Shown: positions 13,419-25,548 of the stretch, in pieces
Layout of the letters: each line of letters starts with the position of its first letter
How positions within the stretch are numbered: position 1 is the first letter of the stretch
NCBI GenBank assembly: GCA_009602725.1
Contig: WELB01000012.1
Coordinates: forward strand, 1-64,000
Length of the DNA stretch: 64,000 bases
Source: Spirogloea muscicola
Lineage: Eukaryota
Direction of reading: 5' to 3'
Made by a program: the position numbers and the translations under genes
The notes under the pieces: generated by a model
The model's input: only the letters and a program-made list of their open reading frames with translations
Databases searched by the model: none
What the model was told of the DNA's origin: nothing

Positions 13419-13899
13419 GGCTGCCCGACGGTTGCTCCAGCACAAGCACCGCCCTTAACCCTTCTGCTCAAGGGCTTGGCGCCAACCCAGCTCCCGCACG
13501 TCCGTCACGACTTGATGTCGGAGGCGGTGCTTGGTGCCGCGCCGCGCGGAGGAGCCGTGAGGGCCGTCGGGCGAGGTCCTTCGCCGACGAGGCAATTTGG
13601 CAACGATCTGGTCTGCCGACGTGCGTGGCTTGCCGGCTCTGCCGATGTCGATGACCGAGGCGAAGGACCTGCACCAACAATGAGAGAAGGTGCGTGGTGC
13701 GCAAGATGTGAAAGGTCAAGTACACAAACTTTTCCTGAAAGGGAGGCCAAACGAAGCCGGGACACCGATCGTGAGACGAACACCGAAAAAGTCTACACGG
13801 AAAACAGAGTACGGCAATGGCTGTGAAAGGCCAGCCCAACAAGAAGAAAGTGCTCTCCCATAGAAGTTAGCCCAATATAACGTACAAGTTCCAAAGGGC

Positions 13900-14185
13900 C
13901 ATAAGACGCCAGATTCAAATAGCCTCCGCTTTCTCTCTCGCGTTCGCTTTGTTTGCAGCGCTCGCAAGCTCTGGCGATTCATCAGCTTGCTTGGCGCGCT
14001 CTAAGTTCCCCTGGCCCCTTCTCGTACTTTGTTCCTTCTTTTTTGGGCTGGCTTTTCCCAGCCCCTATCCTCAATGGGCGAGCCATTTCTTCTTTCTCTA
14101 AGTCAGGCCACCGGCTTCCGTGGTGGCGCTCCGGCTCCCCAACTTAGCTTGTCGGATTTGTATGTGCTCACCCGTGGGTACTCAC
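13900..14185 (+). mobile_element. CRE-like ORF C-terminus interrupted by another family's 3' end
   Basis: LQRSQALAIHQLAWRALS|QATGFRGGAPAPQLSLSDLYVLTRGY is split by the insert 14007-14095. CTCTAAGT is duplicated at 13999-14006 and 14096-14103. Confidence 0.8.
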
Positions 14186-14619
14186 GTCACACTCTTACCT
14201 TTCCTTGCCACCTTAGCATAGGCCTGCGTCTTATGTAGTCTTCATTTCTGCACTAAAGTTTTGACTAATGTACTGCCTTGATCGGCCTCCCTTCCATTCC
14301 ATGCACACCGCGCGCCTTCTCTCTCTCACAACGAATGGGTCCTGAGCCTTTCACTTCACTCGGAATCTGTCCATTCTCCACGGGGTAGCTTTTCACGTCC
14401 CCTTTGGATGAGCTTAAATGCTTCGGGCTGGCGGCTTTCAAAGCTAGACGCTGCGCAGCTGGTTCAGAAGCCACACTCGCATCACACGGCACGGCCATCA
14501 GCTAACTCAGCGCAGAAGATGTAGGAGATACACAGAAATGAAAAGCTGGCGGTCGATGTTCGCGCCCCACCCCCTGCCAAGGAAGCTCCTGATGCCTTTC
14601 GGCAATTTGGACCTTGTCC

Positions 14620-14892
14620 GATCTTTCTGGGCTGGCCATTCACAGTCTGTCCTGGTAGGATAATCACTTAGTAATCTCTAGTTAGGAGCGGCGTATCAGA
14701 TAGACTAGCCGCCGTAAAGCAATCCCCTTGACGATAGCCAGAGGCTGCAGCTAGAGCCCGGCCAGCACGCAGATGCAAGGCGTGGGCCATCGAGCGCTGG
14801 AGTGATATGGACAGGCGCATGCGAAATACCTGCGCTGGCGAGCCAGCGACGTTGAAGTCGGCCTGCTCGCCTCGCCTGCGGGACACGGGCAC
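14620..14892 (-). mobile_element. CRE-like family B ORF C-terminal fragment
   Basis: QVFRMRLSISLQRSMAHALHLRAGRALAAA...ASLSDTPLLTRDY*, homologous to the other element C-termini and to 32700-32990. Confidence 0.72.
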
Positions 14893-14982
14893 ATCCCTTG
14901 CCCCATTTGGCCTTCGTTAGTTTCAAATACACGAAAGTTTCCTTTGGGAGGGCCACTTTCATTCACAGCCCCTGCCCCATTT

Positions 14983-15767
14983 TAGGGTGCGCCAGTGTGA
15001 GTGTGGCTTTCGTGCAGAGGGTGCTGAGCTCGCCAATCACATGCTGCGTTGCCCTACTGGACCGGAAGTGGTGGGCATCCACAACCTCCTCCGCGATGCC
15101 CTGGCGGGTTTGATGCGCGACGCCGGGTACCGTGCGGTCGTGGAAGTGAACAACATCATGCCTATCACCATGGGTGCCCAGGGACGTCATCATCGCCGCA
15201 CACTTGACATTGTCGGCGTGCCACCTCGTGGAGGACCACGGGCCTTGGTCGATGTTGTTGTTACGGAGGCAAATAAAGGGTCCAGCATCGACACACATCG
15301 TTGGCCACGCAGGCAGTGCAGAGCAAAGAAAGCTGCAGCACTACTCCTATTACCCCCAATGCGATCAGCTCCTGCCAGCCGCAGTTGACATCTTTGGCTG
15401 TATAGGTCCTCGATTCACACTCTCCTCCAGAGTATTGCCAAGCTAAGGTATGCACGACGTGCAGATGTATTTCCTTCTGAGATGGGCCTGCCAGCTGCAT
15501 ATCTGTCGTTCTTGCGACGACGCGTTTCGGCCTAGTTGCAGCGTGCTCAGGCTAATGCTTTGCACCATAAAGCTGGGCGAGCTCTAGTTGGTGGCAGAAG
15601 GGCTTCATATCTGCCATCCAGTATTCAGGCATCGTTTAGCGACCTTTACGTATTGACCCGTGGTTACTGAGCGGGTCAATCTGCTGTAGATGATGTACGT
15701 CTCTAGATGTGCTTCCCTTTGTACTTGGCTGTACTTGGCCTTGGTTTGTTTCAAATACCCGAAAATG
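14983..15767 (+). mobile_element. 5'-truncated CRE-like non-LTR retrotransposon (CCHC + restriction-like endonuclease), frameshifted
   Basis: CECG...HMLRC zinc knuckle, HNLLRDAL, RRTLDIV, LVDVVVT, AEQRKLQHY, AVDIFGCIG, LQRAQANALH, then the stop and a 3'UTR. Confidence 0.85.
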
Positions 15768-16134
15768 GCCTGCGGGACACGGGGGCACAGCCCTTGCCCC
15801 CTTTTGGGCATTCCTTCTTGGGCTGGCTTTTCCCAGCCCTTATCCTCAATGGGCGAGCCCTTCACTATGGGAGGGCCACTTCCATTCACAGCCCCTGCCC
15901 CATTTGGGAGAGCTCACTTCTTTCCTTTGTTTTCCTGTTAGGCTGACCCCCAACGGTTGCTAAGATTGACGATAGAGACGGCGCCCCGGCTCGGAATGCC
16001 CGTCCGAGCTTAAACTTCGTAGAAGGGGAGAGAAGGCGCGCGGAGCGCATGAAATAGGAGGGGGCAGTGGCTGTGAAAGGCAGCTCAAAACGAAGGATAA
16101 GGTTCAAAGATTGGAAGGGTCCCCATCCATCTGA

Positions 16135-17450
16135 AAGAAAGTTCCGTGTATTTAAAACAAACGAAGGCCAAATGGCCAAGTACAAAGGCAAGCACATCTT
16201 AAGACCTACATAACCTACAGTAGATTGACCCGCTCACTAACCACGGGTCAAAACATAAAGGTCGCTAACTGATGCCTGAATACTAGGTGGCAGATACGAA
16301 GCCCTTCTGCCACCAAGTAGAGCTCGCCCAGCTTTCTGGTGCAAAGCATTAGCCTGAGCACGCTGCAAACAGGCCGAACTTGTCGTCGCAAGAACGACAG
16401 ACATGCAGCTGGCAAGCCATCTCAGCCGGAAACACATCTGCATGTCGTGTGTAGCCTAGATTGGCTACATTTTGAAGAGAGTAATGAAACGAGACCTAAG
16501 CAGCCAAAGATGTCGATTGCCGCCGGCAGGAGCTGATCACATGGGGGGAAACGGAGTCGTGCTGCAACTTTCTTCGTTTAGCACTGCCCACTGCGTGGCC
16601 AGCGATGTGTGTCGATGCTGGACCTTTATAGGCCTCCGTAACCACAACATCGACCAAGGCCTGTGGTCCTCCACCAGGTTGCACGCCCACAATGTCAAGT
16701 GTGCGGCGATGATGACGTCCCTGAGCATCCGTGGTGATAGGCATGATGTTGTTCACTTCCACGACCGCACGGTACCCGGCGTCGCGCATCATACCCGCCA
16801 GGGCATTACGGAGGAGATTGTGGATGCCCACCACTTCTGGTCCAGTGGGGCATCGCAGCATGTGAGTGGCGAGCTCAGCACCCTCTGCACGGAAGCCGCA
16901 CTAACACTGGCGCACCCCAATCAGGTATTAGGGTGGGAGGCCGAGGAAGAGTTGAAGCAACGTCCGAAAGGCCTCGGAGCTGATGCTGAAGGCGCTGGCC
17001 ACGACGTGTGAGGTGATCCAGTCTGTGGCTCCAGGTGTGGCGAGGGAAGTAAGTCTTGCCAGGCTCCTTGGATTGTTGTGAATCTCTGGCAGCCTCTTCA
17101 AGCTTCTGCGGCGCTCATCCTCCACTGCTGTAACCAGTCTAGATTGTGCCCCTCTATCCGAAGCTTGGGCGAGGGCGGAGAATGGCGTGAGTAGGGGTCG
17201 TATAGAGGGGAAAGAGCCGATTGCCGAGTCACGGATGCTCCTCAGATCCGCTTGGAAGGGGAAGGAGCCTTCCCCCACATTGCGTACGGGATCGTGGTGG
17301 CAAGGGAAGCGCATGGGAAGCATAGAGGCGATCTGGTGCCAGCAGCCCAGGAAGGCTGCTTGCGCCGTCTGCTCCAACGACCGGCAGCCAAGGCCGCCCA
17401 TGCGAGTGGGGAGGGGAGCCTGGAGGGAAGATGAAGCGGAGGGGAAAGAA
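16135..17450 (-). mobile_element. 5'-truncated CRE-like non-LTR retrotransposon (post-RT thumb region + RLE)
   Basis: LQAPLPTRMGGLGCRSLEQTAQAAFLGCW, ARLTSLATPGATDWIT and ISSEAFRTLLQLFLGLP are typical of CRE-clade elements. They are followed by the same CCHC/RLE domain as 14983-15767. Confidence 0.88.
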
Positions 17451-18160
17451 GAAGTGGCACTCCCAATAGGGGCAAGGGCTGTGAAAAGCCAGCCCGAAAA
17501 AGAATTGACAAAGATTCGAAGGGGCCAAATGATGGAGGGGCCTAAAAGCGCTAAGCAGCTACGAAAGGGCCTCAAGATGCTGTCAGGGGGAGGATGGACC
17601 ACTCAGTAGTTACAAGTGAGGAGCCTCAAATGCGACAGACTAGCTGCCGGAAAACCATCCCCAAAGAGGAATATTGTAGAAGAGATGCCAAGGACTGCAG
17701 CAAACTGAAAGGGCATATGCTCAGTCTGATTTTGGGCCAACTCGTCCAGCAAGAAGCCGGCTTGCTGTGAACGGCTGAGGAAGAAGTGGCTCTCCCAATG
17801 GGGGCAAGGGCTGTGAGAAGCCAGCCCGAAAAGAATTGACAAGGTTCGAAGGGGCCAAACTACGAGCTAAAGCGAGGAAGGCAACGAGAGGAATAAGCGC
17901 GGAAGTGCCGAGCGTCGGTGGCGCACACTTCTAGCCTCGGACAACAGCCTTGGGGTTACTGAGAGTTTCGTAGCTGCTTAGGTTCTTGTTGTGCTCGTTA
18001 TTCTTCGTGCTTCCTCAGGCCCCTGCTCTTGTGTGCTTGCCTTTGTACTCGGCCATTCGGCCTTCGTTCGTTTCAAATACACGAACTTTTTCCTCTCGTC
18101 CTTTGTTCATTCTTTTTTGGGCTGGCTTTTTCAAGCCCCTATCCTCAATGGGCTCACTCT
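17450..18160. mobile_element. Stack of CRE-like 3' ends (two family B ends on -, a family C end with a nested family A end on +)
   Basis: C-terminal peptide ASLSHLRLLTCNY* and repeated GGGCTGG...CAGCCC hairpins. ~17781-17869 is essentially identical to ~63773-63863. Confidence 0.78.
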
Positions 18161-18228
18161 TAATCTAGCCTCGAACACTCCGCGCGCGCGTGCCTTCGCT
18201 GTGGCTCCGGCCAGCCTCCCTGGAGGCC

Positions 18229-21200
18229 ATGGCCGCCGGCCAGAGCGCCGCCTTCTCCGCTGATAGCGCAGCGCTCAGAGCTCTCCCATATGGCTGTGGC
18301 AGTCCGCCTCCTGTCCCGCCCAGCTGGAGCTGCCAGGCGCTCGTCTGCCAGCCCCGGCTCGACGGTCAGCTCTTAGTCACGCCTGCAGGCACTGCCTCTG
18401 TGGAGGAGCATCGCCGAGCAGCCTACAGGAGGTGGACCTGGCCAGCTCATCGTAGCGATACGGAAGCCAGAGATCACGCAGAACAGCGAGTAGGAGCAGG
18501 TGGTCGAGTTCAAGCTCATGCAAGGAGGCTTGATGGTCTCCAAGGACTTGCCACACCCATCAATGCGGCCTATGGTGAGCTTGAAGTGGTCACTCAAAAA
18601 AGCGCATAGAATGTGGTGCAACATTCATCACGAGCTTCTGGTACTAGTCTGGCTGTCTGAGAACATGCTCATGGCATTGCTCTTGACTAGACTTGATCAC
18701 CTGTGACCAGCTCCTTCTCGTTTGTAGGAGAGCAGGCACCAGGAAGGCACACTGATCAGCCTATGCAGCTCTCAGACAACAAGCCAGTGGCAAGGGCGGG
18801 TGAACCTTATGCAAGGTCTGAACGAAGTGCTGAAACCGGTCCGCATGATCACATGGTCGAGGACTCGAACAGCTTGGATAATGGGGGCACTGGTGGAGGG
18901 GGTCATGATGGTGAGCATCATGATGGAGGTGGCCACAATGACGGACCAGCAACTCCGGAGGAGAAGATGTTGATATCATCCGAGGCTGATGATGAAGAGG
19001 CCATTCCGGAGGATGTGAGCTTTGAGCAAGCAGCGGGGACAACGTGGCATCAAAGTGCTGTAGAAGGTGGTGCAGCATTGGAGAGGAGCCAAGCACCGCC
19101 TGTCTTTGCTTCACTGAGTAGCCCCAGGAGCAGTGCACCACCAAGCACAGAAGGTGCTCTATGTGCAGCGCTGAAGCACATGATCTCTGTTTGATTTGGA
19201 GGCTCTTGGTAGGATCTGTAGGTGGCATATGTAGAGATACGTACAAGTATAGCATGCAGTTCATCCATGGAATCCTCCAGGCTTTTGTACCCTGTCAAGT
19301 AGCACACACAATTTACCATGTAGCAGGATAGTTGTCTGCAGCCCACACTGCAGTCCTGACATCGCAGTGTTCAGTACAGTAAGTGTCCAGTCAAAAGTGG
19401 GCCTCACTTACACGAGTACAATGTGCTATTCTGGTCACAGATGGCAACGCTGCTGCAACAGGCTCTATGTTGCATCAGAGCACCAGTGATGAGGAAGTAG
19501 TATCTGGAGCTGATTCTGGCAAGGTGAATCTGATCCCTTCGGCCTGCCAGATAAAGCCAGACAGTGCATGATGAGTCCAATCAAGTCACACTTCAGCAAT
19601 GAGAGCTTGACTCCTGAAACTGCTTACTATGGCCCTTCCATGAGTGACTAGCAAATGTGAGATGTCTAGCCTGTGTCGTTGTCAACACGCGATCTGGCAC
19701 TCTCATATACGTATAGCACCATCTTGGCTTCAAATGCGTTCAGTGGCCAGCTCAGGAGGGTGGAAGTACGCTGATACCAGACTCCAATAGTGAAGCTGCT
19801 GGTATCATTGCTACATTGAAGCGGTGGACTGCCAAGCTTATGGAGGTTGTAAGTGGAACTACAACAATGAAAGATGAGGCTGGCGGGCCAAGGGTCCAAC
19901 CAAGCAGCAGGCGTGAGACAGAAAGAGAGGCTCTCCTTTCGGAGACAGCTAGGCTGGTCCTGGACATGCTTGAGCAGCAAGAAGGTGACGGAGCCCTTGC
20001 TCATCGTTCTGAGGTGCGTTGTTGCTGCAGGCAAATCCCAGGCAATACAGCAGCAGGAAAATGGAAAATCAAGCACCAGTATAGTGAGTACATCTGACAG
20101 CGGTGTAAGTACAAAGTCTTTGTAATGTGCTAGAATGTCCTCAGACCAATGAGATGAAATTGACAGGTCAGTGCTCTTAGGAGGCTGCAAAGAGAAGCTT
20201 TTGCTGATCTGCTCAAGGCAAGAGAGCGCTTGGACAAATTGGAGCACCATACTGGTCTTAGACGCCTAAAAGGTCCTGCTGATCCTCAGGTTTGCCTCTG
20301 ATTTGCCAACTATCAACACTTGTGAAGCATGCCTACTGCTCAGCTAGAAGAATATGTGCTGCAAGGAGAAGGCTCACTTGCAAACAAGCAAGACCCATAG
20401 CATCAAGATTAGTGCAAAATTGGACAGTCAAGTATGCGAGTTTGGTCATGCTTTGTCCAGGGTGGCCCTCGGACAAGGTTGAAGGGCGAAGTCACAGCAG
20501 GAGCTGCCTACGTCCACGTGGATCCATCTGCTGGGGACATAGCCCGCTCTGCTTTAGAGCAGGTCTGACTTGAGCTGGTTGATGTCTTTTCACTTGTATG
20601 TTTGTGCTCCTTGATGTGCTTGCCTTTGACATGCACCTCACAGAGATTGCAAAGAGATTGTCTGCTGTGATGATAGTTGTGGAATAGTCATGTCCTTCAT
20701 CAGTGTTGCCAGACGTCAAGTCTGTCAGTTGCCTTTTATGTTTGCGCCATCTATTCTGACAACTACTCACGGGATTATGGTTGTGCAGCTGGACAGGGCT
20801 GGCATGAAGACTGGTTTACAGGTCAGGTTCAGATTTGAGACCCCCTTTCGGAAATATGACTCATTGAGTACACAATTCATTGCTGGCTACGAGGATCGAA
20901 GTGGCAGGTGCTTGTCAGTACATCATGAGGCCCTTTTGGGCTGGCAAGTATTCACGGCGTAGGAGTGATTGGATGTTCAGTTGCTTGTACTCCATACGTG
21001 ACCCACAGCTAGCAGTGGGTGCTCTCCACTTTGTCAAGACCAATACAAGAAAGACAGGACAACACTGCTTTCCTCAATCTCCATGACTCTGCGCTGTAAG
21101 TATCAAGCAACTCAACATTGGGCTTACATTGCCCTCGCAATGCAGCCACTTGACAGGCGGCCCTCTTCTGCTGGAGAAGGTCATGTACACGACTGAACTT

Positions 21201-23689
21201 AGCGAGGAGGTGACTATCAAGGCAGCACCTATTGGTGCAAATGGAAAGGATATGATTGAGAATATCAATCCCCTCCAGGTATCAAGTTGACTATTATCAT
21301 GGAGCAGTAACCTTATGAATTAGTTTACGGCTCATGAGAAGCTATGCCCAAGTCTGGAAGTCGTGCATGCAATAAGCATCATAAAGTTTATGACACACTC
21401 AAGATCATAGCTGAATACGTCAAAGTCTTGTCTAGCTCTTGTGTGACTTTTGGTGATCCCCTTAGATCTTTATCTGAGGGGATCATCCATGACAAGAAGT
21501 GCTTAGAATGAGCAGTCAAAGCGAACATGACAGTTGTACTGCATGCCCCAGGCAAAAGCCCACAGTCCATGATAGGTCCTTGTAGCGCACTTGCACTGTC
21601 TGCCAGTCCAGCAAGCATGCATGCTGCAAGTAGGACGCAGTCGTGAGCAGCGGGCTTGTCTTCCTAGCCCGAGTGACCACGAGGACGTACGAGGATTGGA
21701 ACAGCAAGTGCGACTCCCATGGCAATAGCTGCAATAGCTGCATTGCAGCATGGATTGGCCCGCATGACTGACAGAATGCCAGTTCTTATTCAGGACCAAG
21801 CTTTAACTACATCTGCAAGGAATGGACCAAGCCTTTTCAGCAGATGTGTTGGCTCTGCCGTGGGCGTCTCTGTGAAAGCATCGAGAGCTTCTTTGTGTCT
21901 TGCACAGCTGTTGGGTATCGGGAATGATGGCCTCTCTCAAACAGGCATTGAAGATGGGCCCGTCTGCTCCAGGTAGGTCCCCAGCTGCTGACAACTCACT
22001 CAAGCTTGAGTTTGAGTTTTCTCTCGTTCATGTGTGTATGACATCACCTTGTGCTCAACCTACAACCAGCAACAATGAAGCATCACTGAAGATGTGGGCA
22101 AACGCTGAGATTGATCTTTTCATAGCATGGCCTGCTGGCAGCTTAGGAATAGGCTACTGACATGTGGTCGTCGTGCCAATTCAGTACTTTGGCACAGCTC
22201 ACGCTACAGCCCATGGACCGCCTGCTTCTCTCTTTCTCTTCTGTGAGCCAATTTTGGCCATCACCTCCGCCTCTTGGGGCCACTGGCATGCATTGGAGCG
22301 AGATGGGTCCTTTGATCATACCAAAGCTCAGGCCTCTTGCCACTATGACTCGCTTTTTCCAACATAGATACTCTACAGAGCAGCAGATTGATGGAGACGG
22401 TGCACCGGGGGCGCCTCAGGTACTTCAGTAGGCTGAACTGCTTGCAATTGTGCTGGGAAATCAGCAGCTGTCTACCTCCTCTGATGAATAGTGATGATAT
22501 ACGTAAGGCTTCAGTGGATTTAAGCAGACTTTTATATGAGAGTATGCAGTTCAATCAAGTACACGGGCTTCCTGGCACGACCATGCAGGTACGCCTTTCA
22601 TGGACAGATCTGGCTTCACACACTCACGCCACACACAACACGTTCTCTACTGATAGCAGTCTTGCAATCAACTATGACCTGGCAAAACGAGAACCTGCTA
22701 GTTGCGCCCTTCATTACAGCAGCGTTGTGATCCTTGTCTTTGGCAGCAAAGTGGCTATTGGGACAATATGCTGCTGCTCCTTTCACCTTCTTGCCAGTTG
22801 CATTGGCATTGATAGAACTATTGGCATAGTATCTCCTACGATGGCCTTCTTGCTTGGAAAGGAGTCATCCAGAATGACAGAATGTCTAGGGTCAGTCAAT
22901 GAGATTGTTTGCTTACCTACTGTGTTTCCATGCAGTCTGTTGCTATGACTGGAGCACTTGATGTGGGGGCTGCAGCAACGTTAGCTTGTTGGGCCCAGGC
23001 AGAAAGAGGCCTTTGGTCATCCGAGAGAAGTCACAAGGGACTGGAGTGGAATCTCAGCCTATCGAGGTTAGTGTAGCACTCATCCTGTCTTGAAGACCTG
23101 CTGACTTCAGCTTCACATTCTCACCTCCACATGTGGTGCGTGAGTTGCTACATTGGTCTGTATGAAGTACTCCTGTGCAATTGAGAGGTAGCCGGAATAA
23201 CGAGCCTTATGATGTTGACGGCTTTCTTCTGGCAGGACACCAGATGGCTCACAATCAACAGGCTGGGGTATTGCCATTGGCAGTGGAAGCTCAGATATGT
23301 GGTTCACGGAAAATGATAACTCTGAGAATGCACATACATTAATCCAGGTAACTTCCAGCTACATTGATATGATGCTCTCGAAAATGTCTGAGTCTTGCTG
23401 TGACTTGCGGAAGTGTCTTCTAAGAACCTGGTCCAAGCACAGGCATGTGTGCGATATTGCTTACCGGGGAGAATAGAGAGACAACAGCTGTAAGGTTTCA
23501 GGCTGGTAGCAATCGGAAGCATAACGTGCACAGTTCCTTTCATTAATGCTTCAGGGTATACAGGCGGAGGCATTCCTGCAGCTTGGCGTTGGTAGAGGTT
23601 GCAAACTGCAGCCGGGCTTGCTTTATGTCACAGATAGATCATCGAGAAATGTCCTTTCCTTTATCCTACGTAGTCACTGGACACTCTGA
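18229..23689 (+). CDS. Probable outer-envelope beta-barrel protein; homolog of an uncharacterised land-plant family (recalled as At1g11320-like) and of cyanobacterial SomA/OprB-type porins
   Basis: About 13 GT-AG exons; those from 19744 onward are phase-consistent (19744-20013, 20167-20289, 20461-20562, 20789-20907, 21146-21278, 21794-21972, 22185-22419, 22936-23066, 23236-23347, 23564-23689). They encode LRRLQREAFADLLKARERLDKLE, TRLKGEV, VRFRFETPFRKYDSLSTQFIAG, LLLEKVMY, GWGIAIG and AEAFLQLGVGRGCKLQPGLLYVT...FILRSHWTL*. Confidence 0.8.
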
Positions 23690-24579
23690 CCCCTGGCTCT
23701 GCCTAAGGGTTTCTGTAGCTCAAATGCGATGCACGTGCACTTTGATCCATTGATCGTACATTCGGCCCAGTAAATCTGACAGGGTGTGAGGGAAGCTCTG
23801 GGCCATGGTGTCGAGAGAGGTTTTGTGGCTTCTCGGATGGTTGAGATATTGAGCAAGTGCAGACCAAGTGCTCTCTGTCTTCGGCAATGCAGGTTGCAAC
23901 CACAACATGCCTCCAATTCTCATATGCTTCCGAAGCCCTTCCATGTACTGTGAGGCATCTCCCATGGCTTGGGCCGTTGTCAACCTGCACCTGTCAACAG
24001 CGTGCAGGTATGAGGTCGAAGCTTTGAAGTCATTCATTGCTGAACGGACACTTTGCTGCAAGAGATCGTAGTAGAGAAAGCAGAAAACCGGCCCCTGAGC
24101 ATGGTCAGTAAGGGCAGGGGATGACTACCAGAGCCTGTCCTCTTGGGGGTGTGCTCTGGTGGCTCGCGTGGCCCTGCATAGGCTGCCGAGGTTTTCTCGC
24201 GCCGCGCCCTTGGCCTCTGCTCCACAGCAAGCAGTGGAGTCATAGTACAGCCCTGTGGCTCTCCATCACGGGCAGTCTCCAAAGTCCACGACAACGAGCA
24301 TTCCACGTCGGAGATCCCTGCTCAGGAATTACCTTGGCAGTGTGTCGCAGTGGCTCAATGTTTGTATTGCGGACATTGTCCACTGCATAAGTCTTGAAAG
24401 GCTGGCGACAATGCAGGTCATGCGGGGACTGAGTTATTGTTGTGATGTTTCCTGCAAGCCCGATTCCAAGAGAAGAATACGAATCTCTTTCTGAAATTTC
24501 AGCTGTGACAGCCATCGCCCGCATTGCCGAGGCGTACTTCACCTCTTTATCTCCAAAGTGGTGAAATTTAGAGCACCAA

Positions 24580-25548
24580 GGGCTCAGAAGCGCTTAGCAG
24601 GAGCGCTCGTAAAAATCAAGCGCTTCGAATGCCGCGGGGAGCAGCAGGCGGACCGTCGCCCGGGTTCTGTGCGCATCCCAAGTACGAGGCAGGGGCAGCC
24701 ACCAGAAGGCTCCCGGCTGTCGGCACCTGAACGTTCGGGAACCCCTGGCATGCGCCGCGGAGGCGTGTGGGGGCCCACGGGGGTGCTGAGGCGGACCGGC
24801 GGTAGCCGAAGCTGAACCCCCTCGCCAGCTGCGGAACACGAGGGATAAGCATGAGGGGGGGGGGGGGGTGAGGTCGAGGGGAAGAACGTGTGGGGGGTGC
24901 AGTAAAAGGGGGCAGCAGAAGAAGCAGAAGTAAAAGAGCGCGCAGGTGCGCATGAAGTAAAAGGTTGGCCTTTCCAGCCAAAACATTGTGTTCAGGCAAT
25001 AATAGTGCAAGAATGGGGCCACATGGGGCTATTTGGGGGGCTTCGGCAGCTAGCGGCGCTCGTCAGGCCCGCCTCGGTGAAGCGGCGGACGAGAAAGGCC
25101 GACGATTGGGGGAAGAGGCGGCACCGTGCGCAATGAATGGCGGGGCGACAAGGGGAGAGGCGGTACAAGTGGGGCCCGGCACGGGGGGGGGGGGGGAGGG
25201 GAGGGGGGAGGGCCCAAGAAATCGGCGCGCCCGGTGGCCCAGGCGCGGCAGGGGGAGACGGCATAGGATGCCCATGTGTCCTTAACGGCGGGGGGGAGCG
25301 ATAAGTGTGCCCAGCGGGGCGGCCCGCCCGCCGTCACGTGGCCGCGCGGCCCGCGGGGGGCGGGGGAGCTGGCACGCCGCCGCCGTGGCGCCAGGCGCCC
25401 GCGGCAGAGGCGCGGGGAGCAAATCTCCGATCTGGGCGCCGTCTCCGCCCACAGCACCTGGCGGCCCCCTCCTCGTCGTCACGCGGCGGGCGCCTTGGCC
25501 GGTGGGCNCCGCGCACGGCCGCGGCCAGCGCCCAGCCGCGCGGCCGCC
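24580..25548. promoter_or_regulatory. GC/CpG-rich promoter region of the MYB gene, with G-runs and a G-box/ABRE
   Basis: Very GC-rich with long G tracts at ~24854-24900 and ~25182-25213. CACGTGGC lies at ~25335 and GATAAG at ~25300. Confidence 0.5.

Noticed and set aside
15815..15865. gggctggcttttcccagcccttatcctcaatgggcgagccc as an HDV-like ribozyme
   Set aside because: I could not build the P1/P2/P3/P1.1/P4 double pseudoknot by eye, and it lies at the element 3' end rather than the 5' end.
13800..18170. Repeated hairpin motif as a CRISPR array or bacterial terminators/REP elements
   Set aside because: Spacing is irregular, both orientations occur, the context is eukaryotic, and the copies are tied to retroelement 3' ends.
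22388..22948. 186-aa ORF within the porin-like gene
   Set aside because: It lies mostly in the 22420-22935 intron of a phase-consistent model and shows no recognisable homology.
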